DNA from: the human T2T-CHM13v2.0 reference genome, Homo sapiens
Length of the DNA stretch: 64,000 bases
NCBI RefSeq assembly: GCF_009914755.1
Contig: NC_060930.1
Reading direction: 5' to 3' (one strand)
A model generated the notes under the pieces. That model worked only from the letters and a program-made list of their open reading frames with translations. It ran no database searches and was not told where the DNA came from. The translations under genes and the position numbers were made by a program. Shown in pieces: positions 1 through 15,793 of this stretch. Positions within the stretch are counted from its first letter, which is position 1, and each line of letters opens with the position of its first letter.

Positions 1-1071
1 AAAGTTATAGTTGGTTTCCAAATTTTTAGTCAAATGAAAAAGCTTTTTATACTACCAGCTTTAACAATCATCAATGTAAAATTTTCATTTTAAAACTTGT
101 TATATATGGAAAATTATTTTTATAAGCTATTTCAAGGTCTATTGTCACAGTTTCTTCTGTATCTCTTAAATGTATAAGATCAAAGAAAAGATAAGTTTTA
201 ATGACTTATTTAAGTTCACTTTAATTACTATATAATAAGAGTTCCATAATTCCTAAAATAAATGTGATCTTTGTTTTCAAGACTGTTTCTTGAAAAATTT
301 TGGTAGGTTAAAAAGTATTTTTAAATCTCAATATTGCATTTAGTATTTATTCATAACATATCTAAAGTGAGAAAGTCAATGTTAGAAACCCAGAAGACAA
401 AAGTAAGTCGATCTACGGAAAATATTAATATGCCACAGCTTTCCATTTAGCACAACTGAAGTTATGAATTTGTGGTGCTAAGAATGTAATAAGATTATCT
501 GGGGAAATTAGCTCAGGTCGAAGAAAAATATTTTTAACAATCTGTGGGAAAGAGAATTTCTCAGCAAGTGTGGAAAGATGCTTAAGTCTAAACCAAATGT
601 TTTAAACCACCAAATCTCAAAGTGCTAGAAATGTGGGACCTGGAGGTGATGACTGCTCTTCCAAACTATAAGAATGTAAACACATCCGGGGGGTATATGT
701 GCTGTGAGTCTCTGAGTTAGAACATCAGAACAGAGTCACAGATCTGTGATTCCTGGGCTTGACTTTTCCTAGATGAAAAGATTAGAAAAGTAGCAGATAA
801 GCAGCAAAATCTCAGACTCAAGGTTAGATTGTTTATAAAACATGGGTAGTTAGATTTGAGCTATAAAATTAATGAATTCTTGACTTCTTACTTTCACACA
901 CTAGAACTTCGCCATGAGCAGGCAACCATTAACATTTAACATTAAAAAAAGTTAAACAGATTTACCCACCAATTTAATAAAAGAAAAACCTTTATTCTAA
1001 ATATAGAAGGGGAAAATTATGCAGCACATATAAAGGAAACTAGATTTTTACCTTTTAAAATCTTTTTGTGA

Positions 1072-1499
<428 letters not shown>

Positions 1500-2075
1500 T
1501 GGAAGTACTATTTTTAAAAGAATTTTACTGAACAGAAGTCCTCTGACTTCAGCAAATTTTTAAATCCAATTTCAGTCTCTAAATAGATTAAAAGAAACAG
1601 ATTTGAAGGTGACATAATTTATAAAGAAAAACACCTTCTTACCCTGACAATAGTAAGTGACTACAGTGTCAAATCCTCATCACCCACTCCCAGCTGAGGC
1701 CATGTCCTTTACCCCCTTGTGATGTTTCTCATCAACCTTGCTGAAACCAAGCCAATTACCTCTGAGGACCCTAAACCAAAGCGACTGACCTCAGAATTGG
1801 AATATTTCAGGCCATTCAATTCTGGTGTACATCTTTTAACTCTTTTAATTCTTTGTCATTGCCTTTTTCCTGGACTTTCCCTTTTTTACTCTCATTACCT
1901 AACTACTTTATGCTGTCTTCACAACTTCTGCACAATTAATTGCCTCTCTTCCTGCTGCTCTCCTCTTGCAACCCGAATTCATGACCATATAGCTTGGACG
2001 TACCATGAATTATCATCTCCAACCTCAGCTAGAGCCTTAGAACTGCCTGACAATCCTGCTATGATATCCCTATCA

Positions 2076-2089
2076 GTGTGTGTGTGTGT

Positions 2090-2125
<36 letters not shown>
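2076..2125. repeat. (TG)n microsatellite
   Basis: About 25 TG units with one interruption. Confidence 0.98.
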
Positions 2126-2127
<2 letters not shown>

Positions 2128-2257
2128 CTAGAAGTCCACCTTTATTTGCTCATAGATATGCAATGCTAGGAACATGGACAAGAAAGATTTTATTTTGTGG
2201 CAACCAAATAGGAAATTTTTTAAAACAATGATGAATATGTAAATAAACTATAGTTAA

Positions 2258-2452
2258 TTTTGTTTTGTTTTTACCGTTTATTTTTGATTCTGGAGGTATA
2301 TGTGCAAGTTTGATATTCAGGTATACTGTGTGATGCTGAGGTCTGGGGTACAAATGATCCCATCACCCATGTACTGAGCATACATCGTACCCAAGAGGTA
2401 GCTTTTCAACCCTTACCCTCTCTAGTAGTCCCCAGTGTCTATTGTTGCCATA
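2258..2452 (-). mobile_element. L1 3' end fragment (old L1PA/L1PB)
   Basis: TATGTGCAAGTTTG...GATGCTGAGGTCTGGGGTACAAATGATCCCATCACCCA...TAGTCCCCAGTGTCTATTGTTGCCAT resembles the antisense L1 3' UTR. Confidence 0.8.
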
Positions 2453-2990
2453 TTTCATCAGTTATTTATAGCTCATTTGTTCTTAGTATCATTTATTTAT
2501 TCTTCTAAGTCTAGATGCAATTTGCCAATCAAGGGTCATCATTTTTATCATAATCAATATTGTCAAAAATACAATTGATGTATCACGTTTACTAGGCTCT
2601 CAGGGGAATAAAGATAGAAAGTTCACAAAATATTAACTTTTATGTAGAAAACTGAAAGGTTTTAATAACTCTTTAGCACAAAATGTTATTGGTAGAGTTC
2701 TGTTTCCATTTCTATTTTTCACACGAGTACATAATCTTTTGGAGAAAAATAGCTTTCCTAAACTCCCTAGGAGCCTAAAACTAATCCACAACTGAAAGTA
2801 GAGTTTAATGTTGAAGATCAGAAAACACTGGTGTCACAAATTATACAATTATAATACAAATGCTGTGTTCTGATTAAGGAAGCAAATGTATGATATATAT
2901 TTTAGTTATATTTTCTTTAAATTTGGCTTAATATTTGGAAAGTTTTTATATTTAAATGGGTAATTTAGTTTCAAAAATGTGTTAAGTCTC

Positions 2991-3457
2991 TGTGATTGAC
3001 CAATAATGGCTCCCAAGGATATTCCCATTTACTGATGCCTGGAACCTGTGAATATTAGTTTATGTGGCCAAAAAAAAGTGATTCAGTTAAGATATTGAAA
3101 AGGGAAGCTTATGCTGGATCATAAAGGTAGGCCCTAAATACAATTATATATATTCTCATAAGAGAAAGGTGGATAGAGTTTTGAGACAGACACACATAGA
3201 AGTCAGTGATGTAAAGATGATGGCAGAGACTGCAGTGGTGTGGCTACAAACCAAGGAATGCCAAAGATTGATGGCAGCACCGGAAGTCAGAAGAGGCATG
3301 AAACAGATGCTCTCCCAGAGTTTCCGGAGGGAGTGTGGCCCTGATGGCATTTTGGTTTCAGATTTCTGGCTACTGAACTGTGAGAGAATGAATTTCCAAT
3401 GTTTTAAGCCACCTCATTTCGGGCAATTTATTTCAGCAACCACAGGAAACAAATATA
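2991..3457 (+). mobile_element. MaLR solo LTR (MLT1C/D-like)
   Basis: TG start, CCTGGAACCTGTGAATAT, CCAAGGAATGCC, AACTGTGAGAGAATGAATTTC, GCAACCACAGGAAACAAATATA end. Confidence 0.85.
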
Positions 3458-3599
3458 ATATCATATATTTTGTTATATATTATATAACAAATATAATATT
3501 ACATAGTGCCTAACACACAATCACTATGTGAGTCTCTAAAAGACACTAAGATTTTTGTAAATAGTTTGAGGGAACGAGTGCATGTTTCCCGAGGACTAT

Positions 3600-4030
3600 T
3601 AACTCCCAATTTTTTCAAGGACACTAATATAGAAATAAAAATCATAACACAGTATGATTTATATATTGAAAACATAAATTAGATCCATGAAAACACAAAG
3701 AAAAGAGTTATTAAATGATATGGAGCCAAATAACACATTAGAAAAGGTAACTTTGAGAGTGAGTAACTTTGAAGATGACTAAGAGTTCATTAAGCAGAAA
3801 AAGTAAAGTGTGGCCACATAGAATAGAATATGAGACTCAAAGAATTAAAGAAGCAAGATAGGTCCAGAGAATAGTGAGCAAATCAAAATAGCTCATAAGT
3901 GATAGGGGAATTGAAAGGATATGAAGCAATGCATTATTCTTTAGACAATGGGAAGTCACAAAAGGTTTTCAGCAAGAGCCCAGCATGCCCTGATTTCTGT
4001 GTTAAAAGATAACTCTGAAGCATTTATATG
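3600..4030 (-). mobile_element. L2 fragment
   Basis: GACAATGGGAAGTCACAAAAGGTTTTCAGCAAG...AAAAGATAACTCTG is typical antisense L2 3' region. Confidence 0.6.
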
Positions 4031-5943
4031 GAAAATTCACTTAAGTGGAATAATTCATTCCCCCAATGATGCTCAAAAAATGAAGTGTTACCTTACTAAG
4101 TTGGTTCCAATACCAGGCAATGAATTTTCATTTGTTTTGGCAATATAGTGACAAGCTAGTATGCTTAAATTCAACTCCTAGACAGGTTATTAAAATTTCT
4201 TTATTCAGCCAGAATAGAATTTTCAGTTCCTTTCATTCCTAAAAGAGTAGGTAGATTCAAATAGGGGGCCTCAATTTAATACAGGAAAGTTTATTTAAAA
4301 GTATCCAAATGGGTTTTTTAAGCAGCAGGAATCTGGGAAATGCAGCTTTCCAAAAAAGGTTTCCTATATCCTGATTTTTCCCTCTTTAAATACTAAGTAA
4401 TGTTCTCCAAAGGCTATTGAGTGTAGAATAAATTCATTATGGCCTCATGGGTAAGAAATTATTAACCTAATTGAGTCCACAACTTATTCTTCCAGAAAAG
4501 AAAAAAGAAATCCTTAAGAAAGAAAACTGTTAAGGACTTCTTAAAGGCTAATAAACGCTGATGTTAAAAAATATGGAAAGTAATGTAAACATGTTACTTC
4601 TGTTAAGCAGTGGCTATGTTGTACCAACAATGATCTTGCAGTTCTCACTGTGGAAGTGAAGAGAAGTAAAACTACTTCCTAAAGTAGCTACAAGTAAGTG
4701 AGCAGAACTTAGAGACAAAAGTCTACATTTTTTGAGTTTAATGAATAATGCAGAAATGCCAGACCAAATACACATTTTGAAACTGTTTTGTTCATCCAAC
4801 TTGGAGATATTTATTACTTAATGAGCCTATTTTTTAGAACTTCAGTGCTCAAGCCAACTGTTGATGACTGACCAAGAATTACAAAAGCAGTAGTCTTTAA
4901 TTCTCGGCATTAGCAGCAGCCCACGAAACTTTGAGACCATGACCCAAGTTATACTTCAAAGACAAATGTTTCTATTTTCAAGAATTAAACCAAACCATAG
5001 ATCTCTGCTGCACTTTTTCCCTTGATCAATAAAGCCGAAAGTAAAGCAAAGGGCCGGCAATTATCTGAGAGTACAGACAATGAACACAGCCAAACCAGTC
5101 TTTTATTTTTGCCAGAATATTCTAGATTTACCAGTTAACTGCTAACTCTACATTTCGTGTTTTGCTTTGCTGACCCTAGTAAGTCTTGCTTCTTTTTTTA
5201 ATCACCCCAATTGTACATACGGAAAGTTCAATGAATGGACAAGAAGATAAAACAACTGTTAATGAATTTATCACTGTATTTTGTACTGGTGATAAATCTA
5301 CTTGTAAAATTCATGATTCTCAATGGATGAGTGAATGGAAAAAATAATAGTATTTGAAAAACAGTATCTACTGTTCCACTCTATGACACAGTATAGAATT
5401 GGCATGAAGCAGAGAAAAACGTCAACAGTCCTTGCTCTCCCAGTCAATAAATCTAACTTTACTGCTGAATCAAAATTTTACAGCCACAAGGACACATGTA
5501 ATACAATAGTAGTTTTTAAAAAAGATAGCGGTGAGGGTGTTGATAAATATGTGTTGGAAACAGGATGTTGGACTCAAAACCTACCTGAGAGAACCACTGT
5601 TTTCCAGCAAAGGCCCACACCCTACACATAGCTAGTTTATTCTAACCTTGATCATATTTCTCCTTAATCCATATAGTTGTGTTAATTCCTCTGAGTTTCA
5701 ATTGTTCATTATAGTGCTTATTATGTACAAAGCATGGTAAAAGACATTAAGTAGGTATGTTGAGGTTAGTGACCATGTAGTATGGGGACAGGAGTGAGGA
5801 TCTCTGAGAACCGTTTGCAAGGTTTCCAGTTGGTAATAGCTCCTGTGGGTGTATGTGCCTGTGTGTGTGAGGAGGAAGAAAACGGGATGGGAAGATGGTT
5901 TGAATGATTCCCTGATAGATTTTTAAAAATATTTTCAAGCTAA

Positions 5944-5946
<3 letters not shown>

Positions 5947-5989
<43 letters not shown>

Positions 5990-5990
5990 C
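5947..5990. repeat. (TG)n(CG)n alternating purine-pyrimidine tract
   Basis: GT run followed by GCGCGCGC; Z-DNA-prone composition. Confidence 0.97.
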
Positions 5991-6603
5991 ATACAGTTTT
6001 CAATTCTTTCTTGTCCTAAGATCTAAAGAGTTTGTATGTTTAGAATAATCTTGCAATATTATCAAATTCGTACCTAGATATAAGTCTTGAAAACCTATAG
6101 GACTATTGGCTCTCAGCAGGCCTGTTTTATTCTTCTAGAGTCCTAGTCATGCTTCTGAAGCAATATCTGAAGCAATATTAAATTTAAGGATCTCAAAGTA
6201 AAAAGAGCATTCAATTAAACATTTGTTGGATTCAGGAAAGATTTACAAAACAAATAAAATTTGAACTGCATTTTCAAGGTTAAAGAGATATTTTCCAGGA
6301 AAAGAAGAGCAAATGAATATTCTAGACAGAGGAAAATACATGCTCAAAGGTACAGACATTTGGAACAGCATGGAAATTTTAGGGAAGAGAAAGTAGTTCT
6401 GCAAGGCAGTAGATGTCCAGAGAAGTGAGAGAAGATTAAACATAAGTCAAGCCCGTGCCTTTTGCCTCCCACATGGCAAAAGCTCAATCTCGGATTCTCG
6501 TCCTGATTCTACACTCCCTTCTTCTGTGTGCATTTCAAACACATTCCCCAAATCTTTATCCCTAAATGCCTACCTTTCACTCTTGCTGATCCTGTACCTC
6601 TAG

Positions 6604-7040
6604 GCAGCATGTTGTATTAGCAAAAGCACCAGTTTGGAACTGGACAGAACTGGGTTTGAATCACTGCTTACTAAAGTAGTAGCTGTGTGGCCGTAAGAAA
6701 GTTACTATATCTCTGTGTCCAAGTTTCTTTCCATATAAAATGGAAAAAATAATGCCTTTACAGTTGTGTTATTCTAAAAATTTAATGAGTGTCTCTTAAG
6801 AATATGTAATATGTATTTATGACTTTAAAACAAAGTTAGCTGTCCTTTTCCACTACTATAAGAAAGCTCTAGAAAAAAAAAGTATGCCTTTCAAAGGCAG
6901 ATCATCCTTATGTGAATTCCAGCTTCTTCACTTACCAGCTACATGGTCTTGGGCTTAACTCTCTGATGCTCTCTTTTCTTATGAATAAAAGATAAATAAA
7001 TAAATCCAATCTCAGAAGGTTATACGGATTAGATATAGTG
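6604..7040 (+). mobile_element. Two MIR fragments (about 6604-6790 and 6900-7040)
   Basis: CTGGGTTTGAATC...AGCTGTGTGGCC...AGTTTCTTTCCATATAAAATGG MIR core; second copy CTTACCAGCT...CTTAACTCTCTG. Confidence 0.7.
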
Positions 7041-7147
7041 TATTAGGTTGGTGCAAATGTAATTGTGGTTTTGGCCATTAAAAGTAATGTCATTTGGCCA
7101 CTACTTTTAATGGCCAAAACTGCAATTACTTTTATGTCAACCTAATA
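7041..7147. mobile_element. MADE1 (Hsmar1 MITE), extended palindrome
   Basis: TATTAGGTTGGTGCAAA...CAACCTAATA TIRs with TA ends. Confidence 0.93.
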
Positions 7148-9971
7148 CCTCTCCTGTTGTCTGGCAGTTGTGGTTTCTCTTCTCCTGAATATTCTTTCAA
7201 CACCTATGAGAATATGCTGACAACTGCACTTAACCTTTCCATTGAACCCTGACCAATGTCTTAAGTAGGGGTGATTGCATCACCATCTTCATCTCACACT
7301 CAACACCCTTAATGTCTAGGCAGTCACTAGCTATTACTTCTTTCCTCTATCTTAAGGATTGTTAACACCCAACAATATTCTAAAAGTCAAATAGCAAATG
7401 GAAAGAAAACTGATGAGATTCCGTTATAGCTCTCCCTAACATTGACTAGAAAATAAAATATATGTTCCAGTAATAATAAGTATGGTGGAGAGTTCGGTCC
7501 ATTAAAAATTTATAATTAAAGACATAATATGGATCAATTATTTAAAATAAATCTCAAAATTCTACAATCAAGATTGCAGTCTAGTGAAGGGAAAGGAAGG
7601 ATCCCATGTACCAAGCAAAATACATAGCACATAATTAATGTTATTCTTATCATTTATCTTTGGAAATTAGGTAGGTATCAGTATCCTCATTTTTATACAA
7701 ATGTAACTGAGTCTTACAGTAGTTAACTTGTCCAAAATCATCAAAAAAATAGAGTTCTCTTCAAATAATTGTTATACTTACTTTAAAATATCAGTTGGCT
7801 ATTTCATCAGTCTGCAGCTCTCTCCTGTGTAATAGCATAACACATTTATATATGTTGTATTAAACCCCCTCCAGCTTCAAAAACATTTTATTTTTCATTG
7901 AGGAAAATATCTCATTATCTCTCGAATTTCATAGCTTGGTAACATGGCATAGAAAGACAAGCTAATCTATAGTAGAAAATAGTGTGTCTAGTTCCTACAG
8001 ACAATTTAGGAGTATATTCAACCTAACTGTCTTATTTATAATGGTCAGAATAGCATATAAAATAACTTTCAATCCCATAAAATGGAATCAGATCTATTTC
8101 CAGCCTTGGGTCAATCATGTCGTTAATGTGTCTGGGTTTCTGCAAACAGCGATAATTCAAATATTTTAATATGCCAAGAAAGTCCTTTGAAACTTTGTAA
8201 CAATATTCAAATAATTGATTTAAATGCAAAAAGCTTTAATATCATATCTGAAGAAAAAGTCAAATCTATGAATTAACATATAAGTAACAAAGTCTTAGAG
8301 TAGCATAGGTAATCATTGCCACAAATGACAGTCATGTTGTTGGCCATCAAAGTTTAAATAGAAGATTCTATATGCCATGATTATATTAGAAATGTTGAAA
8401 AAGGGCATTTTATAATATTGCTTTTAGACAAAATACATTTATAAATATGGTATCAATTGAGAACTGACTAGTCATAAATCTATTTATGAGAAAACAGGAA
8501 TTAAGAGACACATGAAATAAGTGAAATTATCCTCTTCTATCTTGTTTTATTAATGAAAGTTTCTAACATGGTTCCAATCAATGGGAAGATCTTTGTGAAT
8601 TCTACCTTTATGAGTCTGATTAGAATTTTTTAATCCCACAAAACAACAAAAGTGAAATCTGTTGAATAATATAATTCCTTTCTCTAAATTATTTTTCCAA
8701 ATTCTCTGCCAAAGCAAACACATAGTACGTGTTAGTCAGCTGGGTCTGCATCAAGTCATCAGTTGCATGAACTGCACTGATTTTGTTGCCAAACCTATTA
8801 CACTAAATCCCACTCCAAACATCCTTTTAAGCTGCAGAACATTCTAAATGCAGCTTGAATGTACAATATTTTTATATTTTTTTAGCAACTTTTGGGAGTG
8901 TTCCTCTTGGATAGAGCCCACATTCTAAATTCTTTAGGTACCTGCTAACAGGAAGGTAAAATATAGACCTTTGTCTTCTGGCACGAAGCATAGAGAAGGG
9001 AAAAAGCTCATTTTCTTTATTTTTGTTAAGATTTTATTTAAACATTTCTGAAAACAATAGGAGCTGTTAGAATAGTTTGACAAGAAACGTTATCAGATGG
9101 TTGAAATCCAGGATTTTAATGCACATTTAATATACATTGTATTCTTTCTCCTACTGACCCATGTCGCTGAAAAAAGTCACTTTATCACAAAATAGAAAGT
9201 ACTCATTCATCCTACGGTACTTTTAACCTCACATAAAAAATATAATATTTATTGCTATCTGTTTTTCAAAGATAAGGTTGATAGTAATGATTATCATCTC
9301 ATTGTTTCTGAAGAAAAAAAGATCTAGAGGAGAACAGTAGCTCTTTCCATGAATAAACATAAATTTTTATTATAACAACAAAAATGCAATCATTTAACAG
9401 CCATGATGTGATGCGAGTTGGCTACAATTACCAAAAGCTTGTGTTCACAGTTTATGCATATTCAAATTCTTAATTTAAAATGTTAAATTGAGCAAGTTTC
9501 TAAGGTTTGCCTACCTAATTTGGATATAATGTACAGTTATGTGACACTTCACAATGAAGGTGTGTTCTAAGAAAGGCATCATTAGGTGATTTGATTTCAT
9601 CATTGTGCAAAATACAGTATACTTACACAAACCTAGAGGGTAGATCCTACTACACACCTAGGCTACATGGTACAGCCTATTGCTTCTAGGCTACAAACCT
9701 GTATAGCATGTTACTGTACTGAATACTGTAGGCAATTGTAATACAATAGTAAGGATTTGTGTCTTTAAACATATCTACATAGAAAAGGTAGAGTAAAAGT
9801 ATGGCATAAAAAATAAAATATGGTACACCTGTACAGGCCGCTTGTCCTGAATTGAGCTTACAGGACTAGAAGTTGCTTTGGGTGAGTCAGTGAATGAGTG
9901 GTGAGTGAATTTAAAGACCTAGGATGTTGCTGTATACTACTATAGACTTTGTAAACACACTGTACACTTAG

Positions 9972-10333
<362 letters not shown>

Positions 10334-10404
10334 GAAAGTATTTTCTTTATATCCTTATTCTGTAAGCTTTTTTCTGTTATGTATAACAAAAGAAAATACT
10401 TTTG

Positions 10405-10406
<2 letters not shown>

Positions 10407-10441
<35 letters not shown>
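10407..10441. repeat. (CA)n microsatellite
   Basis: About 17 CA units. Confidence 0.97.
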
Positions 10442-10448
<7 letters not shown>

Positions 10449-10971
10449 GTATAACTTTTAAAACTTTTTTGTTAAAAACTAAGACACATACATACACATT
10501 AGCCTAGGTCTACATAGGGTCAGGAGCATCCACATTATTGTCTTCCACCTCCACGTCTTGTCCCATTGGAAAATCTTCAGGGGCAATAACGGGCCTTATG
10601 GGATGGTGGTCCCATAAGATTATAATAGAGCTGAAAAATTCCTATTGCCTAGGGATGTTATAGTGCAGTGCATTACTCATATATATATACATATCTGTAA
10701 AAAAAAACTAAAATAAAAATAATATGTGTAGCATAGTAAACATAAACCAGTAACATAGTTATTAGTATCAAGTATTATGTACTACACATAGTTGTTTGTG
10801 CTACATGACTGGCAGCACAGTAGTTTTCTCTACACCAGCATCACCACAAACACGTGAGGAATGGAATGCTTTACACTACAGCATTCCTAGGCAATAGGAA
10901 TTTTTCAGCTCTATTACAGTTTTATGGGACCATCATCCTATACCCGTCTATCATTGATCAAAATGACCTTA

Positions 10972-11428
10972 TGTTGTGGCTTTTTCTCTCCCATAGTTCG
11001 GCAAGTGGGAGGGAGTGTTAGCGCTCATTTACTCCTGCCACCTACAGCTAGCAAGCAGGAGTGCTACAGTTCTTTCACTCCCAGTTTGGCAAGTTCCGGG
11101 TTCTTGTCCTGCAACCAAGAGGAATAAAAATAAAGTACACGGACACTGGAGAGTGAGTAAGGCAGAGTAGAATTTTACTGAGCAACGGAAAGTAAGCTGT
11201 CAGCATGGAGAGGGGACGCTAAAGTGGGTGGCCATCTGTGAGGCAGAGTCTCAGGTTTTTTATGGGCATAGAATGGGGGAGTGAGTGCTAATTGGTCCAT
11301 GAGTCCAAATTATCCGGGACTGGCAATTTGGTTTTCAGGCTTTAGGCTGTCCTTGGCTTGAAAGCCAGGTTTCAAAGGGGACCCTCCCCTGTGTGCCTAG
11401 GAATTTGTCTGTTTTCCCGTCACTATCA
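10972..11428 (-). mobile_element. ERV1 solo LTR (MER52/LTR27/LTR28 group)
   Basis: TG...CA termini, 4-bp near-TSD CTTA/ATTA; minus strand begins TGATAGTGACGGG...AAATTCCTAGGC; shares motifs with the LTR at 55 kb. Confidence 0.8.
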
Positions 11429-11489
11429 ATTATGTGGTACATGACTGTAATTCAACGTAGCATCATATAAAAACATTCACTTTTAGCCA

Positions 11490-13565
<2,076 letters not shown>

Positions 13566-13709
13566 CATAAGTAAGGGGTGAAGTCCTATGATAATTGAAA
13601 GGACAGATTTTGGATGTATGTGAATCCTGCCCCTGCCTCTTACTAAGTAATTTATCTTGAACAATTACTTTTTCTGAGCCCTAATTTCCTCACTATAAAA
13701 TGGATTTAA

Positions 13710-13856
13710 GCCAGGTGCAGGGATGGTGTGCCTGTAGCCCCAGCTACTTGGGAGGCTGAGACAAGAGGATCACTTCAGTTCAGAAGTTCAAGACCATCCT
13801 GGGCAACATATGACAACAACCCCCCCATCTGTAATTTTATAAATAATACTAATAAA
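13710..13856 (+). mobile_element. FLAM monomer inserted in a MIR
   Basis: Single Alu monomer; flanking direct repeat TAAAATGGAT(T/A)TAA; MIR sequence on both sides. Confidence 0.8.
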
Positions 13857-14883
13857 ATAAAATGGATATAATGGTACCTAGCACTCAAATTTTTTATAAA
13901 TTTGGAAGAAAATAATAAAGTATAAGCAAAATAAAACAGGGAAATGTTTTATTTGCAGTGAGATTGATATTGACTATCAATAAAGAGTATTAAAGATTCC
14001 CCAAATATATGTTGTAAAGTCTTTTAACTATTAATTAATTTAATAAATTCATTTTACTCAAAATTATATTTCACTAAATGCTATTTTATACTAATAAAAT
14101 ACTAAGTAAAATTTGATATTAAAAGACAATTAAGAAAATTATAGTACATGTTCATCAGTTTTTAATTGTATAATCTAATTTTCTAAAAAATATTTTAGAT
14201 ATACTTTCCATAAAGGTGCTATGTTTTATTTTAATATATAATTATAACATTCAATAAAAGCATTTTAAATATTAAAATAAATTCTGATGGCAATTATTTT
14301 GGTGATCATGAAACTTATAAGCTTTATTTTAATGTTAGTCTTCATTGTGTCTAATGGTCCTCAGCCATTGAGCTTACAGTAGAAATTAATCCACCATTTT
14401 GCTTCTTATCCTAACATAGAATTTCTCTGCTAACCCACATTCATTTCCAAGGTAAAGAGGATGCAATTGACAAAATCCAATAGCGGCTCCATTTTGACAG
14501 ACATGGAATTTTATTATCTGTGGATTTCTCTGTCTTCTTACTGTTCAGTATCCAAGATGATTTTCACCAACTCAAACTCCAGAAAAATAAAAAATAACTT
14601 TTTTCTACCAAAAAAATAGATTAAGTCCTCCTGACCTAATCTACTCCTCTTAATAGAGAAATAGAGAAGTGAGCACAGACACTCCAAGTAGCTCAGGTTC
14701 ACAAAGCTAGTTTATTAAAAAATTAGACTTTGAATTCATTTTGCCAAAGCCCAATCCCTATTTTGAAACTTTTTATATACTTTACAGTCTCAATAACCTT
14801 TACTCTAGAGTTATGCATCTTAACTGCGGCATTTCCCTTTCTTACCTTAACATGCATACGTGTGATTCTAACAAACATTTTAC

Positions 14884-14954
14884 CTTTGTTGAACATTGTG
14901 AATGGAACATTCCATGTGTCACTAAATATTGTTTTCAGGCCATCATAGATTTAT
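14884..14954 (-). other. Candidate exon (71 nt) of an unidentified spliced transcript
   Basis: Acceptor TTTTTTCTCCCAAACTTTTTCTGTACCAATAAG|A, donor AAG|GTAAAA; 137-nt intron to the 35-nt candidate; every frame has at least one stop. Confidence 0.35.
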
Positions 14955-15091
14955 CTTATTGGTACAGAAAAAGTTTGGGAGAAAAAATGTATTTCAGTTG
15001 TTAACTTTTTAATTTCCTTTTTAAATTGCAATGTAAAAGTAAGTTGAATGTCTAACAATTAGTTGTTTGCATTTTTATTGATAATTCTTAC

Positions 15092-15126
15092 TTTTTATGA
15101 GTGTCTTATAATTCCCAACCATGGTC
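15092..15126 (-). other. Candidate exon (35 nt)
   Basis: Strong acceptor TTTTCTTTCTTTTAG|G, donor AAA|GTAAGA; open frame TMVGNYKTLIK with ACCATGG context. Confidence 0.45.
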
Positions 15127-15647
15127 CTAAAAGAAAGAAAACCTGCTCTGCACCACATCTCAACAACACAACATGAATTTGAACAGAGGTTTAACTGCAA
15201 AGCTCTTTCTATTAACTGTGCTAACACATGAATTAATTGTATACCATGAAGAGCACTGTGTACTTTCTATAATGAAGAAAGCTTTAAAATAATCCGATGT
15301 ATTTATTTATCCCTTCTATTTGTGCCTCAAAATATTCCATTTCATAGCTCTTATCTAAGGAGGGTTATTCTAAGATTTTTGGTTAAAGATTATGTTGGAT
15401 GACATCATTAATTTGAAAGAGATGTCTTTTCAAAAAATGCAATTGTAACTTTTTCTCTAAAAGTATATAAACTTTGTAGTTATAATAATTTTTACTCCTA
15501 GCAAAACAGTTTGCTGATAACTAATGCTACCACGCTTATAAACTGTTACCTCCATATCAAAGGACATTTGTATTCAGCAATAGCACATTTGTGGTTTAGG
15601 ATGTGACATTCCATTTAGTTACACTAACAGTGGTGCAGTAACCATAC

Positions 15648-15793
15648 TAATATTGACTAATGTGGGTCTCCATTTCAAATGAAGTTTGTAGTGTAGAATG
15701 ATTTGGTGAACATTGTAAATCTCTTTCTAATTCTTCACTATTATATACAACCAAATGATATGTTATTATACTTTGTGATTGATAGAATAATTC
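15648..15793 (-). other. Candidate exon (146 nt)
   Basis: Acceptor TTTATGTTGCTATCAG|G, donor TTA|GTATGG; open frame ELFYQSQSIITYHLVVYNSEELERDLQCSPNHSTLQTSFEMETHISQY. Confidence 0.35.

Noticed and set aside
892-996. Minus-strand segment with a good acceptor (TTTTCCCCTTCTATATTTAG) and AAA|GTAAGA donor
   Set aside because: Multiple stops in all frames and a competing internal donor; cannot be told from a pseudo-exon
1719-2231. 170-aa plus-strand ORF
   Set aside because: Runs through a (TG)n tract and pyrimidine-rich DNA that lacks stops by composition; no recognisable domain
8032-8139. Minus-strand acceptor TGTTTGCAG followed by KPRHINDMIDPRLEIDLIPFYGIE...
   Set aside because: No convincing donor and only 35 open codons; worth including in homology searches but unsupported alone
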